A stretch of 64,000 bases of DNA from Syntrophales bacterium (lineage in GTDB: Bacteria; Desulfobacterota; Syntrophia; Syntrophales; UBA2210), in NCBI GenBank assembly GCA_023230565.1, contig JALNXD010000005.1, positions 1,169-65,168 of the forward strand. The letters run 5' to 3'. The position numbers and the translations under genes are program-made. Below are positions 29,793 to 39,741 of the stretch, piece by piece (position 1 is the stretch's first letter; each line of letters starts with the position of its first letter). A model generated the notes under the pieces. The model searched no databases. It worked only from the letters and a program-made list of their open reading frames with translations, and was not told where the DNA came from.

Positions 29793-30159
29793 GATGTATC
29801 AACAAATAGATTCGTGTCGATTCTGTGTTTAAAAATAGCTCTGGCTGAATTTATCATCGCATTTTCCAATATGATTTACTATATCATGAAAAATCTGCTC
29901 GTGAAAATAAAACCTTTATTCGTATAATTATTACGGCCACATAAGAGCAGGCTGCAACGATGAAGAATTTGCTTTGGAAGAGGACTTCACCAAAATCCTC
30001 TTGACACTGCAGACTTTTCTCTTCATATACTCCCAGTGGAACTACTCTTGATTAAAAATTTAAAGGGAGATTATTGCCAACTGCATTCCTGTTGCACACT
30101 GATTTAATCCTCGCGATTGATAATAAATTTAAAAAAATAAATATTGAAAGGTTGTAATA

Positions 30160-31638
30160 ATGAATGGCAGCTGTAAAAAGTTAGATGCAATATTCCGTCC
30201 GCGTTCCGTCGCGCTTGTGGGTATAACGACGGCTAATCCTGAACATTGGACACGCGGTTTTCTCGAAGGGTATCTTAAGTTTGATTTTCCGGCCCATGGC
30301 AGATTGTACCTTGTAAACCCAAAAGGTGGAAAATTGGAAGGGTTGGAAGTCTACAAAAGCATTAAAGATATCCCAGACAGTCTGGATTTCGTGGTTGGTC
30401 TTGTGCCTTCAAAAAGTGCTCCACAGTTGATAAAGGATTCGGCAGCAAAAGGGGCCGGGTACATACACTTCTGCACAGCAGGATTCAGCGAAATAGACGA
30501 AGATGAGGGGAAAGAGCTGGAGTCCGAGTTACTGGAAACGGCGCGTAAATACAATGTGAGGATCATAGGCCCGAATTGTCTGGGGGTGTACTGCCCGAAA
30601 GCACGAATGTCATTTAGCGAGCTTTTCCCAAGAGAAAGCGGGAGGGTAGGTTTTATAAGCCAGAGCGGAGGAAATTCCAATTATCTGATACGTCAGTCAG
30701 CCCTTCGCGGCGTACGGTTCAGCAAAGTAATAAGCATAGGAAATGCAAGTGATCTTAATGAGAGTGATTTTCTGGAATATCTGGCTGAAGATCCTGAAAC
30801 GGAAGTTATCGCAATGTACCTTGAGGGTATTAAGAACAGCGACCGTTTTCGCAAGGCACTTGCATACGCAGCAAGAAAAAAATCAATCGTTCTTCTTAAA
30901 GGAGGCGCCACCTCCGCCGGAGCAAGAGCGGTAATGGGACATACGGCATCTATTGCAGGAAGCCGCAGTATTTGGCAAACTTTATGCCGGCAGTTGAATA
31001 TCATACAAGTAGAAAACCTTGATGAAATGGCCGACATGCTTGTCACGCTCAGTTTTCTGCCAGTGCCTGATGGCAGCCGGGTATTATTATTCGGAGGAGG
31101 AGGAGGTTCAAGCGTAATTATTGCGGACGAGTTCGAAAGAAGGGGTCTGACATTGCCCCAATTGCCGGATAAAGTAATTGCTGAGTTGCGCGAATTCAGC
31201 CAGGCTGCTGGAAACTTTTTCAATAATCCCATAGATTACTCCCAGAGCATGGAACCTGCCAATGTAAGAAGAGCACTCGATATACTTTCCCGCTGGGGTG
31301 ATTTTGATTTGATGGTTCACTTTCTGGTTCTTTCTCAGTCCACAAGGGCGGCGGATTTTCCCGGAGGTCCGTTGAAGCTCAGCCATATGCCTTATCCAAC
31401 GGCTGTGGTTGTCGCGATCAGCATTATTCCTGAAGAAACAGATAGAGTATATGAATATGTAAATTACTACGCCAATGAAGGCGTACCCGTCTATTTCTCA
31501 TATGCCAGCGCAGCCAATGCTATTAAAAAAGTAATATTACATTACCGTGGGCGCGAGTTGCACGAGAAGCGAACATCTGAACACCAGCATCGTCTGTACG
31601 GAGGGAATTCTGAAGTTGATCTCGGACTGTGCTCTTAA
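30160..31638 (+). CDS. CoA-binding / succinyl-CoA-synthetase-like protein (alpha-type portion of ADP-forming acyl-CoA synthetase)
   Basis: 492-aa ORF with a CoA-binding N-terminus (RPRSVALVGIT...VNPKGG...VYKSIKDIP), GPNCLG, ISQSGG, and a putative phosphohistidine loop MGHTASIAGS. Confidence 0.75.
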   Translation: MNGSCKKLDAIFRPRSVALVGITTANPEHWTRGFLEGYLKFDFPAHGRLYLVNPKGGKLEGLEVYKSIKDIPDSLDFVVGLVPSKSAPQLIKDSAAKGAGYIHFCTAGFSEIDEDEGKELESELLETARKYNVRIIGPNCLGVYCPKARMSFSELFPRESGRVGFISQSGGNSNYLIRQSALRGVRFSKVISIGNASDLNESDFLEYLAEDPETEVIAMYLEGIKNSDRFRKALAYAARKKSIVLLKGGATSAGARAVMGHTASIAGSRSIWQTLCRQLNIIQVENLDEMADMLVTLSFLPVPDGSRVLLFGGGGGSSVIIADEFERRGLTLPQLPDKVIAELREFSQAAGNFFNNPIDYSQSMEPANVRRALDILSRWGDFDLMVHFLVLSQSTRAADFPGGPLKLSHMPYPTAVVVAISIIPEETDRVYEYVNYYANEGVPVYFSYASAANAIKKVILHYRGRELHEKRTSEHQHRLYGGNSEVDLGLCS

Positions 31639-31677
31639 ATCTTCAAGTAACCTTTCTATCGATTGCTGCAGCATCAG

Positions 31678-31710
31678 CCGGAAGATCGAAGCGGAAAGCC
31701 GATCTTCCGG
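31678..31710 (+). other. perfect 11-bp hairpin downstream of the CoA-binding gene
   Basis: CCGGAAGATCG (31678-31688) pairs with CGATCTTCCGG (31700-31710). The loop contains a GC/GC mini-stem around GGAAA. There is no U-tract. Confidence 0.4.
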
Positions 31711-31891
31711 AATCATGGATACTTCCTATCCCGACTACGTCATGCTCCTCTATTTCAATGGAAAAAAATGATTTTAAATCTCATTTTTCTGAACTATCCA
31801 GGGCATTTCTTGACCGGGTAAGGGAATCCTGATATAGCGATGTCGATTTTAAAGGCAAAATTATAAAAATGTTGCAAAGGGAAAACTTTAC

Positions 31892-32809
31892 ATGGACTTC
31901 ATACGAGGGATGATAAGTAAAATAGAAAGATTTTCTGTTCATGATGGTCCAGGTATACGCACTCTGGTTGTGCTGAAAGGATGTCCGTTAAAATGCCTGT
32001 GGTGTTCATCACCTTATACACAAAACCCCGGGCAGGAACTTCTTTACGTCAAACGCAATTGCCAGGGCTGCGGGATTTGCATACCTTCATGCCCGCAAAA
32101 GGCGATTGCCATGGACGCTGACAATAAGTATGTGAAAACTGATCGCTCTGTCTGCACTGGTTGCGGGAATTGCGTCTCGGTATGCCCAAATGGAGCGCGT
32201 GAAATATCGGGGCGACATTATACCTCTGAAGAACTTCTTCATGAATTAGAAAAGGATGCCGTGTTTTTCAGGCGAAGCGGGGGCGGGGTTACTATTGGCG
32301 GAGGGGAACCGACAATGCAGGCCGAGTTTGTAAGGGACATTCTTTTTCGCTGCCGGAGGCTGCATATCCATACGGCTATGGAAACTTCAGGGTTCACCTC
32401 GTGGACGAAATTCTCGTCGATATTGGAACACCTTGATCTTTTATATATGGATATAAAACATATGGAAGAAAAGAAACACATTGAGATCACAGGAGTTTCA
32501 AACAGACTAATACTGCAAAACGCAAGGAACGCATCGGAGCACAATGAAATTATCCTGAGATTGCCGGTTATTCCGGGGTTAAACGATTCGGAAAAAAATA
32601 TTTTGAAAACTGCGTCATTTGCAAGGAGTCTCGGAAAAAACATTTTACGGCTGGAACTTCTCCCTTATCACCAGTTTGGTGAGCACGGATATGATGAACT
32701 GGAAAGAACTTATACGCTTGAAAAAATCAAAGAGCCGCCGGATGAGCATATGAAGCGGCTGCAAGAGATTGCCCGCACTGCCGATATTGAGGTTGCAGTA
32801 GGTGGATAG
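31892..32809 (+). CDS. glycyl-radical enzyme activating protein (radical SAM)
   Basis: 305-aa ORF with the CPLKCLWC radical-SAM cluster motif, two ferredoxin-like motifs (CQGCGICIPSCP, CTGCGNCVSVCP) and a GGEP SAM motif. Confidence 0.9.
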   Translation: MDFIRGMISKIERFSVHDGPGIRTLVVLKGCPLKCLWCSSPYTQNPGQELLYVKRNCQGCGICIPSCPQKAIAMDADNKYVKTDRSVCTGCGNCVSVCPNGAREISGRHYTSEELLHELEKDAVFFRRSGGGVTIGGGEPTMQAEFVRDILFRCRRLHIHTAMETSGFTSWTKFSSILEHLDLLYMDIKHMEEKKHIEITGVSNRLILQNARNASEHNEIILRLPVIPGLNDSEKNILKTASFARSLGKNILRLELLPYHQFGEHGYDELERTYTLEKIKEPPDEHMKRLQEIARTADIEVAVGG

Positions 32810-32848
32810 TGAATCTTTCGCATATTTATTCAGAAGCTTTTTGTGATT

Positions 32849-32886
32849 CAGGGGCATGAGCTTTGTCCGGCTCAGACCTGTTTTTT
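32849..32886 (+). terminator. possible intrinsic terminator after the activase
   Basis: Interrupted stem (CAGG..TGAGC...GCTCA..CCTG) followed by TTTTTT (32881-32886). Confidence 0.4.
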
Positions 32887-33009
32887 CAACCATGCATCAT
32901 TATGTGAAGCTGTCAAGATACATTCTCTGGCGGATGTTGGGAGGGACTCGGAGGCGTAGTCCGGAATGTATGAAACCTGACATGCAATTCATAGTAAAGG
33001 AGAAAAGCT

Positions 33010-34731
33010 TTGAATCTTGAATTACTGAAGCGCGAGTTGAATGAGGCTGGACCAAGTGTCGTTCATAAACTGTATGAATTTGGCCTTAAAAAACGCAATT
33101 TCAAATTTCTTTATTATGGAGAAGAAAATCAGTACTTGTCATATGGCGAGTTCAATGCTTTGACAAACAAAATCGCTAATTATCTGCAATCCGCGGGCAT
33201 TGAGAAAGGTGACAAGATATCTGTATACCTTTACCATCCTGTAGTGACCGCGCTCGTAATGTTTGGAATAATGAAAGCCGGCGCTGTTTTCAGCCCCATT
33301 AATTTCAACTATAAAGGAAGATTACTTTCATATCAGATCAATGACACGGAACCTAGAATGCTGATCACTGAGCAATCAAGAATTCCATTCATTAATGACA
33401 TAAAGTCGGACCTTCCGGCATTGAAAATTATTGTGAGAAAGCCCGCGCGCGAAGAGCATGATTATAAACAAGAAGATGACGCCCAGGAGTTGAATCCGAA
33501 ATTTGAAAAAATAGAATATGAGGATTTGTTTGGAGAAAGTGACGCAAATCTTGATACTGAAATAAACTATTGGGATGTGGCAAGCATCATATACACTTCT
33601 GGTACGACAGGTGCAGCAAAGGGAGTGGTGCAGTCTCACCGCTGGCTGTCATCATATATCTTTACAGCTCGAAGAATAACTCACGCAGATGAGATACATT
33701 ATAATGATCTCCCCATGTATCATATAGCGGGCGCTTTCGGCGCTCTGGCCCGTGTGATATGGACAGGCAGCAGTATCGCCCTGTGGGATAAATTCAGTCC
33801 GAAAGACTTCTGGAAGAGAATTGAAAAGAGCGGTTCGAGCACCGCAGCTCTCATGGATGTGATGATGCCGTGGCTGATGAACGCGGAGGAAACGCCGAAA
33901 GACAGGCATAATACCTTGAAATGGGTCAATATGCAGCCGATTCCGCAATATCATAATAAAATTGCAAGAAGGTTCGGTTTTGATATCGTGACAGTGGGAT
34001 ATGGATCAACGGAAACGGGAATCCCGATTGCCGGCATTATCGATGAGATGCCGGGCGAAGAGGGTACTCCTGAAGAATTTTATAAAGGATATCCGAAGGA
34101 GTACATGATTGAAAAATATGCTGAATGCGGATATCCGGTTTTAAAAGGGAGCGATGATATTAAAAAAGGATTCATGGGACGGGCATTTACGCTTCAACCG
34201 GCAATCATTAATGAAAAAGACGAAATTCTGGGGCCGGGGGAATATGGACAACTTGCATTCAGAAGTAAGCTGCCGTACTGCCTGCCATTCGAGTATTTCA
34301 AAAAACCTGAAGCGACTGTTGCGGCTTACAGGAATCTTTGGTTTCATACCGGTGACGCCTGTGTAAGAGATGAAAAAGACACCTATTATTTTATCGACAG
34401 AATGGGAAGCTTTATCAGAGTGAGGGGAGAGAATATCTCCTCTTACCAGATAGAAGATATTTTGAACAGCCATTCGTCAGTTGAAGTTGCCGCAGTATTT
34501 CCCATCCCTGCCGAAGTGGGCGAGGAGGATGATATAGCTGTATATGTGAAGGCAAAGACGGGATCAAATCTCAATGAAGAGAATCTGAGAATGTGGATTG
34601 CTTCGGAAATGCCTAAATTCATGTGGCCGAAATACATACGATTTATAGAAGAGCTGCCGCACACGGCCACAAATAAAATTGAAAAATATAAATTGAAAGA
34701 TATGATTCTCAAAGAATTGAAAAGATCGTAA
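33010..34731 (+). CDS. AMP-forming acyl-CoA ligase (ANL superfamily)
   Basis: 573-aa ORF with a TTG start 8 nt after AAGGAG, the AMP-binding motif IYTSGTTGAAKGV, and C-terminal HTGD...DR and TATNKIEK motifs. Confidence 0.85.
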   Translation: MNLELLKRELNEAGPSVVHKLYEFGLKKRNFKFLYYGEENQYLSYGEFNALTNKIANYLQSAGIEKGDKISVYLYHPVVTALVMFGIMKAGAVFSPINFNYKGRLLSYQINDTEPRMLITEQSRIPFINDIKSDLPALKIIVRKPAREEHDYKQEDDAQELNPKFEKIEYEDLFGESDANLDTEINYWDVASIIYTSGTTGAAKGVVQSHRWLSSYIFTARRITHADEIHYNDLPMYHIAGAFGALARVIWTGSSIALWDKFSPKDFWKRIEKSGSSTAALMDVMMPWLMNAEETPKDRHNTLKWVNMQPIPQYHNKIARRFGFDIVTVGYGSTETGIPIAGIIDEMPGEEGTPEEFYKGYPKEYMIEKYAECGYPVLKGSDDIKKGFMGRAFTLQPAIINEKDEILGPGEYGQLAFRSKLPYCLPFEYFKKPEATVAAYRNLWFHTGDACVRDEKDTYYFIDRMGSFIRVRGENISSYQIEDILNSHSSVEVAAVFPIPAEVGEEDDIAVYVKAKTGSNLNEENLRMWIASEMPKFMWPKYIRFIEELPHTATNKIEKYKLKDMILKELKRS

Positions 34732-34867
34732 TGCGCGAGGGCGAAAGATTGTATCTTTGCGAGGCCTCCTGAACTTCTTCAATGTTCATAATTGCGGGAG
34801 CTGCTCACAGGCCCGGTTATGGAGCCGGTCAGAAAATAATAAAGCGGGAAAACTTTCATGCTAAAAA

Positions 34868-34891
34868 GAGGAGCGGTGACAGCCGCTCCTC
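34868..34891. terminator. bidirectional terminator hairpin between the convergent CoA ligase genes
   Basis: 9-bp stem GAGGAGCGG / CCGCTCCTC flanked by an A-run upstream and TCTTT downstream. Confidence 0.6.
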
Positions 34892-34918
34892 TCTTTGCTT
34901 CCACATCGAGTGAACGTG

Positions 34919-36442
34919 TCATTGTACTTGTTTGACGAGCTCTCTTTTCAATACTTTACCGGAGGCATTTCGCGGAAGATTTTCCGTAAAAATGAACTTC
35001 CTCGGTATCTTGTATTTCGCCAGATTTTCCTTGCAGTACGCCAGAACTTCATCTTCAGACATTTGGCTTGCAGGTGTGAGAACGATGAAGGCATTTACGG
35101 TTTCACCCCATTTTTCATCAGGCGTTCCGACCACAGCTGCTTCGGCAATTTTCTGATTGAGAAGAAGCACTTCTTCAATTTCTCTGGGATATATGTTTTC
35201 ACCCCCGCTTATTATCATATCTATTTTGCGATCCACCAGGTATAAATAATGTTCATCATCCCAGCGACCCATATCTCCAGTGTGCAGCCAGCCATTCCGT
35301 ATCGTTTTGGCTGTCGCTTCCGGCTTGTTATAATAGGAACTGATGCATTGAGCGCTTGAAACCGCAACCTCACCAACTTCACCAGCCGGAACATCATTAT
35401 CATCATCGTCGACAAGCCTTATGTTTACACCAAATATAACCTGGCCGACACAATTTACTTTCCGACGCTGATCTGCATGCCGTAAATTGGTTATGGCGCC
35501 TGCTTCGGTAGAACCATAATATTCATTGAGATCGGCATTTGGAAATGAATGCAATATTTTCAGCTTTGTTGAATCCGGAAGAGGTGCGCCGACTGAAATA
35601 AGAACCCTTAATGATGACAGATCATAGTGATCTATTTCCGGATAGGTTGCGGCAGATTCCCACATTGTGGGAACCATGAACACAGTGGTGATTTTTTCTT
35701 TCTGAAAATTATCGAGTACTCCTTTAATGTCAAAATGTTTCATGATGACCACACTTCCGCCCATCAATAGGTGACTAACCGAAATATGAAGAGCAGCTGA
35801 GTGAAACGCCGGGCCCACACAAAGGAAAATATCAGCATAATTAAGCTTCCATTCAGTCAGCCCTGCCACAGTACTCGCATGCATTCTATTAGTGAACACG
35901 GCACCTTTGGGAAATCCTGTGGTGCCGGATGTGTAAATCAGGGATACCGGATCGTTTTCACGTATTGTATGGTGCGGCAGATCCTTGGAACTGTCAGCCA
36001 GAAAATTTTCATAATCGACTGCATAATCGGGACATTTTTTTTCAAATCCGACATGAATAAACAGTTTCACTTTATCAAGACTTGATTTGATACTTTCCAC
36101 GGCATCCTGAAAATCTTCCGTAAAAATGAAGGCAACAGTATCGGAATCATCAAGAATATAGATCAATTCTCTGCCGACAAGGCGGAAATTGATCGGTACC
36201 ATGACCGCTCCGATTTTGCAGCAAGCGACATATAATTCAAAAAAATGCTGGCAGTTATATGCCAGTATTGAAACTTTATCACCTTTCATCACGCCCTGTT
36301 TCAAAAGTGCGTTGGCAAGCTGATTTGTTCTGTCCCTCCACTGCATGTAGGTAAAACGCCGGCCCTCGAAGGTTAAGGCAATTTTATCGGGTTCGTTCCA
36401 TGCCATACGTTCCTGCTCTTGTCCTAAGCTCGTTAACTCCAT
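34919..36442 (-). CDS. AMP-forming acyl-CoA ligase (FadD/medium-chain-like)
   Basis: 507-aa ORF with IYTSGTTGFPKGAV, YGSTE, WLHTGDMG, DRKIDMIISGGENIYP and SGKVLKREL. Confidence 0.87.
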   Translation of the reverse strand: MELTSLGQEQERMAWNEPDKIALTFEGRRFTYMQWRDRTNQLANALLKQGVMKGDKVSILAYNCQHFFELYVACCKIGAVMVPINFRLVGRELIYILDDSDTVAFIFTEDFQDAVESIKSSLDKVKLFIHVGFEKKCPDYAVDYENFLADSSKDLPHHTIRENDPVSLIYTSGTTGFPKGAVFTNRMHASTVAGLTEWKLNYADIFLCVGPAFHSAALHISVSHLLMGGSVVIMKHFDIKGVLDNFQKEKITTVFMVPTMWESAATYPEIDHYDLSSLRVLISVGAPLPDSTKLKILHSFPNADLNEYYGSTEAGAITNLRHADQRRKVNCVGQVIFGVNIRLVDDDDNDVPAGEVGEVAVSSAQCISSYYNKPEATAKTIRNGWLHTGDMGRWDDEHYLYLVDRKIDMIISGGENIYPREIEEVLLLNQKIAEAAVVGTPDEKWGETVNAFIVLTPASQMSEDEVLAYCKENLAKYKIPRKFIFTENLPRNASGKVLKRELVKQVQ

Positions 36443-37095
36443 CCTTTATCTCCTTTTATGATTTGCAAAAAGACTTGTCGCGCAAGTCATTCAGTTTTTT
36501 CACGAATGCAGTTCGGATAATTGCAGTCTTGTAAAATAAATAATTCCACTGAAATATCAAATTTATACAATACAATCACCTGTCGAGGTTTTTCGGAGTC
36601 ATCCAACTTTATTTTACTCAAAGCAGGTTGTTCATGTCCGGTGTTGCAATTCCACTCTTCAGCAAATGATGCCAAACGGGTAAGGAACTATATGAAGAGG
36701 CTGACAGTTGTCAAGAAATTTAAATCTCACTCCGCCTCATGCCTGATGATCGTATAGGAGTTCAGGGGAGGCTTTTTCAAATTGGAAACCATGAATCATA
36801 ATGTGCTGTCCATATTTTAACTGTCATCTTGACAGGGAGTCTATTCGATGCTAATCGGGAACCTGCTTACACGCAATGAAATAATTACGAAATTGGATAT
36901 TTTCAGCGGCGGTTTTTTTATGAAACGGAAGGTCGCGTTCCAGTAATTATATGAGATGAGGTTTTTCAGAGGTTGATGGATTTGCTTCGTATCGATGTAC
37001 TTGCTCATGCGCTTCCCGTAACTCCCTCATGCGCATTTCACCATTATTTCAAATAGTTTTGAAAAAATTATATATGTAAAAAGGATCGTACCAAA

Positions 37096-38688
37096 ATGAT
37101 AAAGGATACAAGAAAAATACTATTATTTCTAATTTCATTTCTATTTCTTCTTATCTCGTGCCTGCCGTTTCATAGCGCATGGGGCGGGGAGGAGCTGCGA
37201 ATCGCAGACAGTGCAGGAGATTGGGGGTACCCCAATCCATTCAGACATTATCCAAGAGGCCCCGGGTATGTACGCATGAGTTTTATTTTTGATACACTGA
37301 TCTGGAAGAATAATAATGGCTTTATCCCCGCACTTGCTGAGTCTTGGAATTACAATCCTTCAGATATGACATTTACTTTTCATCTCAATTCAAACGCGAA
37401 GTGGCACGACGGAAAACCTGTCACGGGGGAAGATGTTGCTTTCACGGTGGAGTATTTCCGAACGCATCCATATCGCTTTATAAAAATAGCCGATATAGAA
37501 GACGTGCAACCGGAAGACGGCAACACTGTAGTATTCAGGCTTTCTACCCCGTATGCGCCTTTTTTATCGATAATAGGCGCGAGTATGCCTATATTGCCAA
37601 AGCATATCTGGGAAACTGTTGAAAAACCCGAGGTGTACGATGATCCCAAAGCATTTGTAGGCAGTGGCCCGTATCTTTTCGGAGATTTTGATAAGACAAA
37701 GGGGACTTACCTGTACCGGGCTTTTGTCGACTACTATCTCGGGTGTCCAAAAGTGGACAGACTGATTTATATACGTTCGGCCAACCCTCTGCTTTCTTTG
37801 ACTTCCGGAGAGGCCGATCTGGCCAACATACGGCCTGAAATGGCAAAACACCTGGCAAAGAAAGGTATGACGGTGATCAGCGACGAACATGGATGGGTTA
37901 AAAAGCTTATGGTAAATCATAAAAAGTGGCCTCTGAGTGAAACTCGATTTCGCAAAGCTCTTGCCTATGCCATAAATCAAAGCGAGATAATCGAAAAAAG
38001 CCACAGAGGATTTGCTTCACCTGCATCATACGGCTTGCTTTCAGTGGATCACGAAATGTACAACCCTGCTGTCCCGACATATCCCTATAATCCAGCCAAA
38101 AGTATTCAACTTTTAGAATCCCTCGGTTTTACAAAAAATCAATCAGGGATGTTTCAAAAAAACGGCAAAGAATTAAAGCTGGAACTGCTTTGTTCCACTA
38201 TCACTGCTGCCGGTGAAAACGTTGCTGACAGAGATGGAGAAGTAATAAAAAATCAGTTGCAACATATTGGAATTGAAATTGAACTCATTCACATGGAACG
38301 AACGACGGCAGATGTGCACATAAAAAAGTGGGATTTTGATCTGGCCCTTTCCGGACATGGAGGAATCACCGGAGATCCTGTTATCATGAACCAGATGATT
38401 TTATCCTCCTATGGAGGTGGATCCGTAAACAGCTCCCGATATGATGAAAATCGGCAATTGAATGAGATCCTGGAAAAATCAGTATCCGAAATGGATCATA
38501 AAAAAAGAACAGAGCTCGTGTATGAAGCCCAGATGATTTATGCGACTGAATTGCCTTCAATTGCATTGTACTACCCGCATGCCTTTTCCGCCTATAATCC
38601 GGAAAAGAGCGTACACTGGTTTTATACAAAGGGCGGTATGGCAACGGGAATACCTATTTCTCAAAATAAAACCGCATTGATACGATAG
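37096..38688 (+). CDS. ABC transporter substrate-binding protein, family 5 (peptide/nickel/opine type)
   Basis: 530-aa ORF with an N-terminal signal/anchor (ILLFLISFLFLLISC) and overall DppA/OppA-like SBP_bac_5 character (WHDGKPVTGEDVAFT). Confidence 0.85.
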   Translation: MIKDTRKILLFLISFLFLLISCLPFHSAWGGEELRIADSAGDWGYPNPFRHYPRGPGYVRMSFIFDTLIWKNNNGFIPALAESWNYNPSDMTFTFHLNSNAKWHDGKPVTGEDVAFTVEYFRTHPYRFIKIADIEDVQPEDGNTVVFRLSTPYAPFLSIIGASMPILPKHIWETVEKPEVYDDPKAFVGSGPYLFGDFDKTKGTYLYRAFVDYYLGCPKVDRLIYIRSANPLLSLTSGEADLANIRPEMAKHLAKKGMTVISDEHGWVKKLMVNHKKWPLSETRFRKALAYAINQSEIIEKSHRGFASPASYGLLSVDHEMYNPAVPTYPYNPAKSIQLLESLGFTKNQSGMFQKNGKELKLELLCSTITAAGENVADRDGEVIKNQLQHIGIEIELIHMERTTADVHIKKWDFDLALSGHGGITGDPVIMNQMILSSYGGGSVNSSRYDENRQLNEILEKSVSEMDHKKRTELVYEAQMIYATELPSIALYYPHAFSAYNPEKSVHWFYTKGGMATGIPISQNKTALIR

Positions 38689-38745
38689 CGGGAAGAGAAG
38701 TGTCCATTTGTATTGAAAAGAAACTGGCAAAATACATCAATAAAA

Positions 38746-39741
38746 ATGAAAATGGAAGGTAAGGAATTAAGAATAAAGACTTTTTTATCTCATAATACAC
38801 GCAGGATAATGACATATCTGATTGCAGCCTTTCTTCTCATTCTGCTTGGCTATTATCTTCCCCGCGTGCTGCCAGGCGATTATGTGACGGCAATGTATTC
38901 ACAGTCCCAGGCGATTATTACCGAGGAGGAGGAAGCCTGGTTGAAGGCCGAGTATGCAGATAAGGAGAGCTTCTGCGAATATATCATTGCTCTTGTGACG
39001 CTGGATTGGGGTTATTCTTTAGTTTTTTCGGAGCCTGTTTCAGATCTTATTTTTTCGGCGCTTCCCTGGACCTTGTTTCTGTTAGGGAGCGCTCATCTGC
39101 TTGCGATGATAATCGGATTTATTGCAGGCGTTGAAGCAGCGTGGAGGCGGGGTCCTCTCGAAAAGCTCTCTGTCGGGTTGATGACTTTTCTTGAAGGTGC
39201 TCCTGAAATTGCGACGGGCATTCTGCTGCTTTTTATTTTCGCTCTTGTGCTGGGATGGTTTCCCGCAGCCGGAGGAGAAACAGCATACGCCGGATATGGA
39301 ATGTTCAGATGGGGACTAGATGTTTTGTATCATACAATACTGCCCTTTATTACTCTTTTTTTCGCCTATTTGCCTGGTAATTTTCTTCTCGCAAGAGGCT
39401 CAATGATAGTTATCCTAAAATCGCCATTTTTGAAAACCGCCTATGCAAAAGGCCTCCCTTCATTAAGAGTGCGGTACGGTCATGGGGCGCGCAACGCTCT
39501 GTTGCCTGTTGTTACCCGTTTTGGTCTGAGGTTTTCATTCATGCTCACCGGGGCTTTAGTGGTCGAAACTATTTTTTCATATCCCGGTTTGGGCACCTTG
39601 CTTTTCAAATCGATCGCACTCAGGGATCTTCCTTTGATACAGGCTATTGTCCTGTTTTCCTCTTTGCTTGTTCTTACTGTCAACATAGCCCTTGAAATAT
39701 GCTACAGATTCCTGGATCCACGGGTGAGAAATGAAACATAA
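38746..39741 (+). CDS. ABC transporter permease (DppB/OppB-like)
   Basis: Multi-TM ORF with LPGD near the N-terminus and the EAA-like region TAYAKGLPSLRVRYGHGARNALLP. The start is uncertain (open from TTG 38713; ATGs at 38746 and 38752). Confidence 0.82.
   Translation: MKMEGKELRIKTFLSHNTRRIMTYLIAAFLLILLGYYLPRVLPGDYVTAMYSQSQAIITEEEEAWLKAEYADKESFCEYIIALVTLDWGYSLVFSEPVSDLIFSALPWTLFLLGSAHLLAMIIGFIAGVEAAWRRGPLEKLSVGLMTFLEGAPEIATGILLLFIFALVLGWFPAAGGETAYAGYGMFRWGLDVLYHTILPFITLFFAYLPGNFLLARGSMIVILKSPFLKTAYAKGLPSLRVRYGHGARNALLPVVTRFGLRFSFMLTGALVVETIFSYPGLGTLLFKSIALRDLPLIQAIVLFSSLLVLTVNIALEICYRFLDPRVRNET

Noticed and set aside
30693-31232. 179-aa minus-strand ORF.
   Set aside because: It is antisense to the CoA-binding protein gene, with proline- and serine-rich low-complexity sequence. 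It is a shadow ORF.
31547-31832. 74-aa and 67-aa plus-strand ORFs between the CoA-binding gene and the activase.
   Set aside because: One overlaps the end of the upstream gene out of frame. The other has no RBS and spans the perfect hairpin. I saw no family features in either.
36487-36757. 62-aa (minus) and 78-aa (plus) ORFs in the 653-bp intergenic region.
   Set aside because: They have no RBS, an odd Cys/Ser-rich composition, and they overlap each other on opposite strands. I treated the region as regulatory DNA.
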